A stretch of DNA of 64,000 nt from Synechococcus sp. UW140. Its GTDB lineage: Bacteria > Cyanobacteriota > Cyanobacteriia > PCC-6307 > Cyanobiaceae. Shown here piece after piece: positions 1-7,201 of this stretch; position 1 is the stretch's first letter, and every line of letters starts with the position of its first letter. The stretch covers positions 8,998 to 72,997 of the forward strand of contig CALRNL020000012.1 of NCBI GenBank assembly GCA_943369525.1, written 5' to 3'. The notes under the pieces are model-generated. The model did no database searches, was not told the origin of the DNA, and saw only the letters and a program-made list of their open reading frames with translations. A program made the position numbers and the translations under genes.

Positions 1-186
1 TCTTTGGCTGGGCAGGGGATCTTCCGGTCGGGGCACCGCACTGAAACCGCGGGCCATCACCCGGAAGGCCTGCCAGAGCAACAGCAGGAAAAATCCTCCG
101 TAGATCAGTGGAAACAGGTGGGTGAGCAGGTCAGTCATCGGCAACGGCGACGAAGGGACCCCGGCCCATTCGGCTGGGTCCATCAT
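1..186 (-). CDS. partial hypothetical membrane protein (N-terminal part only; runs off the left edge)
   Basis: Not in the ORF track because it is open-ended. Reverse-strand ATGATG at 186-181 opens a frame that stays open to nt 1: MMDPAEWAGVPSSPLPMTDLLTHLFPLIYGGFFLLLLWQAFRVMARGF... The hydrophobic stretch LFPLIYGGFFLLLLW looks like a TM helix. Third codon positions are mostly G/C. No family recognised. Confidence 0.3.
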   Translation of the reverse strand, partial: MMDPAEWAGVPSSPLPMTDLLTHLFPLIYGGFFLLLLWQAFRVMARGFSAVPRPEDPLPSQR

Positions 187-284
187 GGACCCGTAGGACG
201 CCGGTGGGCGACCCTCCAGGCCCAGAGGCTGCTGCAGGCGGCACCGAAGGCCAGGAAGCCAAGCAGGTAGGGATGGGCGTTCAT
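183..284 (-). CDS. possible 33-aa single-TM peptide (MNAHPYLLGFLAFGAACSSLWAWRVAHRRPTGP)
   Basis: Hand translation of the reverse strand, ATG at 284-282. Its TGA (185-183) overlaps the ATG (186-184) of the next ORF as ATGA, a translational-coupling arrangement. No obvious Shine-Dalgarno sequence and no family recognised. Confidence 0.2.
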   Translation of the reverse strand: MNAHPYLLGFLAFGAACSSLWAWRVAHRRPTGP

Positions 285-540
285 GGCGTCGGAGATGGGT
301 GGTTAGGCCGACCCGCAGGCGGTCGGGTTGGGGGGGCTGATCGGTCGTTGGGACCAATCTGGGGGTTAGCTCGGTCGGTTTGGGGGGATGGGGACGCTGG
401 AGCCTGGGCCAGGTCTGGCCGGACTTGGCGAGGACCCGATTGCCGCAAGTGCAACTGAGCAAGGGTTCGCCAAGCAAGGGGCTGCTGGGCAACGCTTTGC
501 TGAGGAAGCTTGATCCCAGGAACGCTGCCCTGCTGGGCGA

Positions 541-804
541 TCAGCCCTGATGGTTGCTGGAATCCGAGGGACCGGGGGGCTCAAAGCTGGCCAGCAGGGC
601 GCTGGGATCAAGGCCGATCCGGGGCGGACCACTGAGCTGTTGACGCATGACCCACTGGGTGGCGGCTTTTTGGCTGTGCCAGGCCTGGAGCAGTTGCTTG
701 GCCAGGCCCTGGAGGGTTTGAAGATCGGCCGTGGAGTCGATCAACCGGGTCATGCGTTCCAGCTCGAATTGCTGGCCAAGGGTGAGGGCAAGCGGTTCGG
801 ACAT
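541..804 (-). CDS. nblA: NblA-like phycobilisome degradation protein
   Basis: 87-aa ORF. LTLGQQFELERMTRLIDSTADLQTLQGLAKQLLQAWHSQKAATQWVMRQQL follows the NblA helix-loop-helix pattern as I recall it (L-x-x-EQ-F-x-L ... hydrophobic heptads ... Q). The C-terminal tail is longer than in typical 60-aa NblA proteins. Confidence 0.5.
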   Translation of the reverse strand: MSEPLALTLGQQFELERMTRLIDSTADLQTLQGLAKQLLQAWHSQKAATQWVMRQQLSGPPRIGLDPSALLASFEPPGPSDSSNHQG

Positions 805-1027
805 GGCGGACGACGCAAGGGGACATTGGGGTCCGCCAGAACACTACGAAATGTTTCGCCTGCTCGCGTATCGGTCGCCACAGAGTTATCGATCCCCTGT
901 CAGGGTCTTGGCACTAAGTCCCCTGCTCCCAGGGCCTCGCTGGGGCCTGGGAGCAGGGGACTGTTGGGGCTGGCTGCTGGGAAGGCAGGGCCCCAACTTG
1001 AGTCAGGGCAGGGCTTGGCGGCGCAGA

Positions 1028-1234
1028 TCAGCTGCTGTCCCGCAGGGTTTCAACGCAGCGGGTGACGCACTCCCCATCATCGACGGAACAGGCGGTGATG
1101 CACTCGAAGTAGGTGTCGACGTGGTCGTCGGCGCTGACGCCCCAGGACGGGCCGTGCTCCTGACGGGGCCTGTGGGGGCCTGGGTTCAGCGAGGCCTGGG
1201 ACAGGAAGGCGGCGTTGCTCGATACGGAACCCAT
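1028..1234 (-). CDS. small cysteine-motif protein (twin CX3C), function unknown
   Basis: 68-aa ORF with coding-like G/C third positions. The C-terminal half, YFECITACSVDDGECVTRCVETL, carries two C-x3-C motifs. Confidence 0.5.
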   Translation of the reverse strand: MGSVSSNAAFLSQASLNPGPHRPRQEHGPSWGVSADDHVDTYFECITACSVDDGECVTRCVETLRDSS

Positions 1235-1301
1235 GGCCGGAATGTCGCGATGGATACGGTCAGGCTATGCACACAATTGCCGCGAGTCCAGCGAAATGGG
1301 T

Positions 1302-1324
1302 CTTCATGCCTAAGGGGGCATGAA
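1302..1324. other. perfect 9-bp stem / 5-nt loop hairpin in an intergenic region
   Basis: CTTCATGCC-TAAGG-GGCATGAAG read directly from the sequence. On the + strand it is followed by TTTGAT. It lies between the ABC-F stop (1540) and the CX3C gene start (1234). Confidence 0.4.
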
Positions 1325-1539
1325 GTTTGATAAAGGGGAGCTTTATTGGCCATGGCCCTTTGCGGGTGGTTGGGCCCTCGCAGTCCTGGGGCTTGCCGGG
1401 TGGCAGGCCTCCAGGGCGGGCCCCGGGCTGGTGCCCCATGGGCGGGGCTCCCATGGCTAGTCCACCTCGGCTGCTGGAGCCCAGGCCGACACCAGCTGGC
1501 CGAAAGCCGCCAGGTCTGGCGTCCAACCCTGGAAGCGCT

Positions 1540-3276
1540 TCAGCCCTTGCCGGCCGCGGCCAACTTGCCGGACGCCTCCTTGGCCTTTTGCTTCTCCCTG
1601 TTGGCGCGGCGTTTGGCCTCCTGCTCCCGTTGCAGGCGTAGCTCTTCAGCCGCGAGTCGCTCTTCCTCTTTCTTTTGCTGGTAATAGGCGTAATCGCCCC
1701 GATAGAGCACCAATTCGCCATCGCGCAATTCGACGATACGGTTGGCTACCCGGGAGATGAAATAACGGTCGTGGGACACCACCAGAACGGCCCCCTCGTA
1801 CTCCATTATGGCATCCTCCAGCATCTGCTTCGCGGGGATGTCGAGGTGGTTGGTGGGCTCATCTAGCACCAGCAAATTGCAGGGGCTGAGCAGCATCAGG
1901 GCCAGGGCGAGGCGCGCCTTTTCGCCACCACTGAGTTGGCCCACCTGTTTGAAGACGGCGTCATTGCTGAAGCAGAAACTGCCCAGTAGGGAGCGCACCT
2001 GGCTTTGGGTCCAATCGGGCACTGCTTCGAACAGGGTGTCGATGACGGTTTTGCTGAGATCGAGGGCTTCGGCCTGGTTCTGTTCGAAATAGCCGGCAAT
2101 CACATTGTGGTCCCCCAGGCTGGCCCGGCCTTCTAGGGGCTCCTCCATGCCCATCACCAGCCTTAGCAGGGTGGATTTACCGGCCCCATTGGGTCCCACA
2201 AAGGCGATGCGATCGCCCCGTTCGATTTCCAGTTCGGCGCCCAGAAACAGGATGCGGTCGCCGTAGCTATGGGTGAGGTTGTCGAGCAGGGCGACCTGGC
2301 GGCCGGAGCGGGGCGCCGGCGGAAACCTAAAGCGGGGCCCGCCGAGGGCATCCACCGGCGCTTCGATGCGCTCCACCTTGTCGAGCAGTTTCTCGCGGCT
2401 CTTGGCCTGGGTGCTGCGGGTGGCGCTGGCCCGGAACCGATCGATGTAGGCCTGCTGGGTGGAGAGCTCCTTCTGCTGACGATCAAAGGCGGCCTGGCTG
2501 GCTTCGCGCTCGAAGGCCTTCTGCTCCAGATGTTTGCTGTAATTGCCCAGATAGCTGCGGGACACGCCCCGCTCCGTTTCGACGATCTGGTTGCAGACCC
2601 GATCGAGGAAGGCCCGGTCATGGCTGATCACCACCAGGGGCACGGTCTGCTCGATCAGGTAGCCCTCTAGCCACTGGATCGTTTCCACATCCAGGTGGTT
2701 TGTGGGCTCATCGAGCAGCAGCAGATCCGGGTCTTGCAGCAGGATTTTGCCGAGGGCAATGCGCATCTGCCAACCGCCCGAATAGTCTCCCACCGGCTGC
2801 TCGGCGCCTTCGGGGGTAAAGCCGATCGTGGGCAGCAGTTTGTCGATGCGGGCATCGAGCTCATAGCCATGGAGGGCCTCGAAGCGGCTATGGAGCCGGC
2901 CCAGCTCGTGGATCAGCCCATCGAGATGGTCCGGGTCACTGGCGGCCCTGTCGGTCGCCATGGCGTCCTCCACCTGGCGCTGGCGATTGAGCACCTCGGC
3001 AGCTTCGCCGAAGGATTGAAAGAGTTCCTGGCGCACGCTGCGGGCCAGGTCCACATCGAATTCCTGCTGCAGGTAGGCAATGCGCGGCTCCCCCTGCTTG
3101 ACCACCAGGCCGCTAGTGGGCTCCTCCAGGCCGGCAATGATGCGCATCTGGGTCGACTTGCCGGCCCCATTCACCCCAACCAGGCCGATGCGATCGCCGG
3201 CCTTCACTTCCCAGGTGACGTCCTTGAGCACCTCGCCCGTGGGGTAAATCTTTGAAACACGTTCCAGACGAAGCAC
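1540..3276 (-). CDS. ABC-F family ATPase (tandem ABC domains, no TMD; Uup/YheS/EttA-like)
   Basis: Two Walker A motifs (GVNGAGKST, GPNGAGKST), two signature motifs (YSGGWQMR, LSGGEKAR) and two Walker B motifs (LLLLDEPTNHLD, LLVLDEPTNHLD). A basic coiled-coil C-terminal tail is present. Confidence 0.95.
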   Translation of the reverse strand: MLRLERVSKIYPTGEVLKDVTWEVKAGDRIGLVGVNGAGKSTQMRIIAGLEEPTSGLVVKQGEPRIAYLQQEFDVDLARSVRQELFQSFGEAAEVLNRQRQVEDAMATDRAASDPDHLDGLIHELGRLHSRFEALHGYELDARIDKLLPTIGFTPEGAEQPVGDYSGGWQMRIALGKILLQDPDLLLLDEPTNHLDVETIQWLEGYLIEQTVPLVVISHDRAFLDRVCNQIVETERGVSRSYLGNYSKHLEQKAFEREASQAAFDRQQKELSTQQAYIDRFRASATRSTQAKSREKLLDKVERIEAPVDALGGPRFRFPPAPRSGRQVALLDNLTHSYGDRILFLGAELEIERGDRIAFVGPNGAGKSTLLRLVMGMEEPLEGRASLGDHNVIAGYFEQNQAEALDLSKTVIDTLFEAVPDWTQSQVRSLLGSFCFSNDAVFKQVGQLSGGEKARLALALMLLSPCNLLVLDEPTNHLDIPAKQMLEDAIMEYEGAVLVVSHDRYFISRVANRIVELRDGELVLYRGDYAYYQQKKEEERLAAEELRLQREQEAKRRANREKQKAKEASGKLAAAGKG

Positions 3277-3473
3277 GGGGGCAGGGCTACAGGCGTGCCC
3301 CCATCATCCCCTGAGCGGCAGACTGCAGGACTGCGGTTGTGCCCAGGGCCATGATCAAACGACTCGAACAGGTGGCCGCCCTTGTGGTGGCGGCTGGTCT
3401 GGCGATCGTGAGCTACTGGTTGTTCTTCAGCTGGGCCCAGGGGGGGAATGGCACCCGGCCCCAGCGCTCTGCC

Positions 3474-3773
3474 CTAGAGGCCCCCGCGGGCCTTCAACAG
3501 CCACTGCTTACTGCCCAGGTCATCCAGGGCGCTGATGTGGGCCTTCACCTCGTCGACACTCACCGGCAGGCCCCAGTCGTCGCCCAGGCGGCAGATCTGC
3601 TCGAGGGTGCCTGAGGGGTCCTGCAGGGCCTGGCGGAATAGGGCCTGGGTGAGGTCCGGGTCCTGGCTGATGCGTTCGTAGAGGCTGGCGGCGTTGCTAG
3701 GGGCGTTTGCGCTGGCGCTGCTGGTCGCGCTACGGGCGCCCCCCTCGGCAGGCTTGGACTGGTCTTGGGCCAT
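3474..3773 (-). CDS. Nif11-like domain protein
   Basis: The C-terminal 60 aa, LYERISQDPDLTQALFRQALQDPSGTLEQICRLGDDWGLPVSVDEVKAHISALDD, matches the Nif11 N-terminal domain pattern. It is preceded by an Ala/Ser-rich N-terminal segment. The protein ends ...KARGGL. Confidence 0.7.
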   Translation of the reverse strand: MAQDQSKPAEGGARSATSSASANAPSNAASLYERISQDPDLTQALFRQALQDPSGTLEQICRLGDDWGLPVSVDEVKAHISALDDLGSKQWLLKARGGL

Positions 3774-3880
3774 GGCTGGGTTGCACGCCTTTGGACCCTA
3801 TGCAGGTCGGGCCCAAGCGGAAACCAATTTGATACAGCTAGCAGCACCGGCGTGGGGCTTGTGGGCCCAGGAGCCTGCTC

Positions 3881-3904
3881 CCCAGGTCCCAGGTCCCAGG
3901 TCCC
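3881..3904. repeat. heptanucleotide tandem repeat (CCCAGGT)x3
   Basis: cccaggt cccaggt cccaggt ccc read directly. It sits in the intergenic region between the Nif11-like gene and the next minus-strand gene. Confidence 0.8.
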
Positions 3905-3915
3905 TGAGCCCGGAC

Positions 3916-4566
3916 TCAGGCGGCCAGGGGGGCGTCCTCGGGCTGGCCGCTGGCGGAGGCATCTTCCATGGTGCGGGCGTCGAGGCAGAGCACCTTGCGC
4001 AGCTGGGCGTAGTTGGCGGCTAGGGCGGCGCGGCCGTCCTGCTGGGCCCCGAACTCGGCCCGTTGCAGCACGTGGTGCAGATGGGTGAGCAGGTAGGTGC
4101 TGATCACCGCGGAAACGAGCACGTCACTGTGTTCCGCCATGCGGCGGCGTTCCGTGCGGGCCTGGTCGGCGCGGGCTTGCCCCCCCTTGGCTGATTTCAG
4201 GTCGCCGCTGGCCCTGGTCGGAGCCGCCTTGGTGGCCCCCGCCTTGCGGGTAGCTCCCTGGGTGGATTCGGCCACGGCCTGGGCGGCGGCGGCGCTGGGC
4301 GCAAGGGTTTTCACGCCCGGGGTTTTGACCGCAGAGGTTTTGCTAGGCGAGGCGTTGACAACCGCGCTTTTGCCAGCTCCAGCGGCCCGGCGGCCGCCGG
4401 CGGTCAGGGGCAGGGCGACGGCGGCTTGGTCGAGGGACTGGCTGCCTGGCCCCTGGCTGGCCAACCCCTGGCTGCCTAACCCTGGACGGGCTCCAGCCTG
4501 GCTGGCCAGTGCTTGCGCTGTCACGGTTTTTCCCATCGGGACCAGGGCTGGGTGGTATTGACCCAA
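3916..4566 (-). CDS. hypothetical protein with a Lys/Ala/Gly/Ser-rich low-complexity N-half and a structured-looking C-terminal region
   Basis: 216-aa ORF. The middle section (KSAVVNASPSKTSAVKTPGVKTLAPS...RKAGATKAAPTRASGDLKSAKGG) is basic low-complexity sequence. The C-terminal 70 aa is non-repetitive (VLVSAVISTYLLTHLHHVLQRAEFG...). No family recognised and the start is uncertain. Confidence 0.45.
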   Translation of the reverse strand: MGQYHPALVPMGKTVTAQALASQAGARPGLGSQGLASQGPGSQSLDQAAVALPLTAGGRRAAGAGKSAVVNASPSKTSAVKTPGVKTLAPSAAAAQAVAESTQGATRKAGATKAAPTRASGDLKSAKGGQARADQARTERRRMAEHSDVLVSAVISTYLLTHLHHVLQRAEFGAQQDGRAALAANYAQLRKVLCLDARTMEDASASGQPEDAPLAA

Positions 4567-4717
4567 GCATAGTCCCGGATACTACCCTTGTGCATCTCAG
4601 TACACTGGTGGATACGCCGGGGGATCCGTTCCACCCGGTTCCCGTTCCGGTCCGGTTCGGTTCGGTCCCCTTCTTTCCCCGTCCCTGGGGCTGTCCTTCG
4701 CGCTTTGGGCTGACCCT

Positions 4718-5134
4718 GTGGCGACCCGTCAGAACTCCACCAGTGGCCGCCCCAAGTCGCCCCGGATTCAGGTGGTGCTGCCGGAAGATCTTTGTGAGCG
4801 CCTTGGGGCGGTGGCCGATGCGGAGGCCCGCACGGTCAGCAACATGGCCCGGGTGTTGATCCAGCAGGGGCTAGAGGTGTACGAGCAGCAACAGGCCGCC
4901 CTGCGGGCCGCTGCCGCCCAGGCCCCCGCCCCATCCCTCGCCCCATCCGCCGCGCCCGGGGTCCGTCGAACCCCATCGGCGCGGGCCCCGTTATCCGGGG
5001 TCCCCGTCCCGGCGGCAACGCAGGCCCAGGCCACCGACAGCTTTCGCCAGGCCCTTGAGCAGCAGGGTCAGGCCGAGCCCAAGCGCCTGCGCGGAGCTCC
5101 CAGGCGCCTGCGCCTTAACCGTCCGCGCGCCTGA
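4718..5134 (+). CDS. ribbon-helix-helix (CopG/Arc/MetJ-like) DNA-binding protein with an Ala/Pro-rich tail
   Basis: PRIQVVLPEDLCERLGAVADAEARTVSNMARVLIQQGLE fits the beta-strand / helix / helix RHH pattern. GTG start. The C-terminal 80 aa is low complexity. Confidence 0.6.
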   Translation: MATRQNSTSGRPKSPRIQVVLPEDLCERLGAVADAEARTVSNMARVLIQQGLEVYEQQQAALRAAAAQAPAPSLAPSAAPGVRRTPSARAPLSGVPVPAATQAQATDSFRQALEQQGQAEPKRLRGAPRRLRLNRPRA

Positions 5135-6287
5135 GGTCGGCCTGGGGCCTGGCGCACACCCCCAGCACCGAGGCCTGGCGGGCACCGGTGACCGAAGCTA
5201 GGGAGCCGGGATGGCCGAGATGGTGCCACCAGGCCAGCAGGGCAAAGGCCAGGGCTTCCCGTTCACTATCGCCGATGCCGAGCTCCGCCAGGGGGCGCAC
5301 GGCCATGCCGCGGCAGCGGCGGCGCAGTTCTGCCATCAGCAGGCGGTGGCGGGCACCGCCGCCCGCCACCAGCAGCTCCAGGGGCATGGGGCCCCGGCTG
5401 AGGTCCTGGGCCACGGCCGCAGCCGTGAAGGCGGTGAGGCTGGCCAGGGCGTTAGCGGGCTGGAGGCTTTCGCCCCGGGCCCGGGCCGCCTGCTCCAGGG
5501 CCTGGAGGCGGCGCTCGAGATCCTCGGAGCCAAATCGTTCGCGCCCCGTGGATTTGGGGGGTGCCTGCTGCAGGTACGGCTCCTGGAGCCACTGGTCGAC
5601 CAGGGCTTCGTCGCTTTGGCCCTGGCTGGCCCAGGCGCCGTCCGCATCAAAGCGGAGGCTGCCGCCACTGAATTGGCTGACGGCCAGATCGAGCAGGCTG
5701 TTAGCTGGGCCGCAATCCCAGCCCTGGATCGGCGCCTGCCGTTGCGGCCCCGAGCTGGGGGGTAGCAGGGTGAGGTTGGCGATGCCACCAAGGTTGAGCA
5801 GGGCCCGCCAACCGCCGATCGCCGGCAGCAGGGCCCCATCGGCGGCGGGCACCAGGGGCGCCCCCTGGCCGCCGAGGGCCAGGTCCTGGGCCCGGAAGTC
5901 AAACACCACCGGGGTTGCCAGCAATTCCGCCAGCAGGGGGCCCTGCAGCAGTTGCCAGCTGGCGCCGCGGCGGGATCCCTGGGGCGGCCGGTGCCAGAGG
6001 GTCTGGCCGTGGCAGCCCACCAGCTCGGCCTGGCCCTGGGGATCGCAGGCCCGGGCCGCCTCCGCCTGGGCCCCGGTCACGGCCTCGGCCAGATCCAGCA
6101 GGGCGGCGGCGGGCTGGGGCTGGCCCTGGCCCACGGCCAGTAACTGGTCACGCAGGCCTGCCGGATAGGGCCGGGAAACGCTGTTGAGCAGCTGCCAGCG
6201 GGGCCGCTCCGGCCGGCCGCAGAAATGGGCCAACACGGCATCGATCCCATCGGCACTGGTGCCGCTCATCAGCCCGAGAACGTGCAT
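5115..6287 (-). CDS. anmK: anhydro-N-acetylmuramic acid kinase
   Basis: N-terminus MHVLGLMSGTSADGIDAVL is the AnmK signature. A length of 390 aa and the LVAGGGARH C-terminal motif fit. Confidence 0.9.
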   Translation of the reverse strand: MHVLGLMSGTSADGIDAVLAHFCGRPERPRWQLLNSVSRPYPAGLRDQLLAVGQGQPQPAAALLDLAEAVTGAQAEAARACDPQGQAELVGCHGQTLWHRPPQGSRRGASWQLLQGPLLAELLATPVVFDFRAQDLALGGQGAPLVPAADGALLPAIGGWRALLNLGGIANLTLLPPSSGPQRQAPIQGWDCGPANSLLDLAVSQFSGGSLRFDADGAWASQGQSDEALVDQWLQEPYLQQAPPKSTGRERFGSEDLERRLQALEQAARARGESLQPANALASLTAFTAAAVAQDLSRGPMPLELLVAGGGARHRLLMAELRRRCRGMAVRPLAELGIGDSEREALAFALLAWWHHLGHPGSLASVTGARQASVLGVCARPQADLRRADG

Positions 6288-6446
6288 CGCCGTGGGGGGC
6301 TAGCCAGCAAAAAGCCCTCCCATGATGGAAGGGCAGTGGGGGCCAGATCCGGGTTTAACGATCTGGGGCGACCAAGTAGGGCTGGATCCAGCTCAACGGG
6401 GGTCCAACCCCATTTGCTCCTCGCCCAGCGAGGAGCAAATGGGGAC

Positions 6447-7082
6447 TCACTTATTGGGTTGGGGGGTGAAGCGCAGGTAGGGACGCACTTCGGTGACGCC
6501 CTTGGGGAACTTGGCGCGGGCGTCTTCGGTGGAGATCGAGGGCACCACGACACAGTCTTCGCCGTCCTTCCAGTTCACCGGGGTGGCCACGGAGTGGTAA
6601 TCGGTGAGTTGCAGGGAGTCGATCACCCGAAGGATTTCCTGGAAGTTGCGGCCCGTGCTGGCGGGATAGGTGATCTGCAGGCGCAGTTTTTTGTTGGGAT
6701 CGATGATGAACACCGAGCGCACCGTCAGGTTGTTGAGGGCGTTGGGGTGGATCATCCCGTAGAGATCGCTCACCTTCTTGTCGGCATCGGCCAGGATCGG
6801 ATAGTCGACGCTGGTCTGTTGGGTGTCGTTGATGTCGCCGATCCAGCCCTTGTGGCTTTCGGCCGAATCCACGCTCAGGGCGATGGTCTTGACGTTGCGC
6901 TTCTCCCACTCGGGGCGCAGGCGCGAGACCTCGCCTAGTTCGGTGGTGCACACCGGGGTGTAGTCGGCGGGGTGGGAGAACAGCACAACCCAGCTATCGC
7001 CGCCGAAGTCGTAGAGATTGATCGGACCGAGCTGGGAGTCCTGGGTGAAGTCGGGGACGGTATCGCCGAGCTGGAGAGCCAT
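6447..7082 (-). CDS. 1-Cys peroxiredoxin (Prx6 type)
   Basis: MALQLGDTVPDFTQDS...SWVVLFSHPADYTPVCTTELG contains the PVCTTE peroxidatic-Cys motif. The start is trimmed to the ATG at 7082, which gives the canonical N-terminus; the track ORF extends to 7151. Confidence 0.9.
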   Translation of the reverse strand: MALQLGDTVPDFTQDSQLGPINLYDFGGDSWVVLFSHPADYTPVCTTELGEVSRLRPEWEKRNVKTIALSVDSAESHKGWIGDINDTQQTSVDYPILADADKKVSDLYGMIHPNALNNLTVRSVFIIDPNKKLRLQITYPASTGRNFQEILRVIDSLQLTDYHSVATPVNWKDGEDCVVVPSISTEDARAKFPKGVTEVRPYLRFTPQPNK

Positions 7083-7201
7083 GGCAGGCAGGGATGCGGA
7101 ATGGGCCAACGTCTTTGATCGTGCCACAGGAGGCCTGCCCTGGCCCGCCATTGGTGGGGTTTTGTGTGGCGGCGGCTACAGCGGGCTCGCGGCCAGGGCG
7201 C

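Noticed and set aside
3339-3614. 91-aa plus-strand ORF with a plausible TM helix at its N-terminus
   Set aside because: Its 3' 140 nt are antisense to the Nif11-domain gene, which has a recognisable domain. The first 45 codons look coding-like, so a shorter real gene cannot be excluded. I cannot support it as a feature.
3474-3773. Prochlorosin/lanthipeptide precursor
   Set aside because: The Nif11 domain is C-terminal and nothing follows the GG motif except one residue. There is no Cys/Ser/Thr-rich core. No modification or export genes lie in the window.
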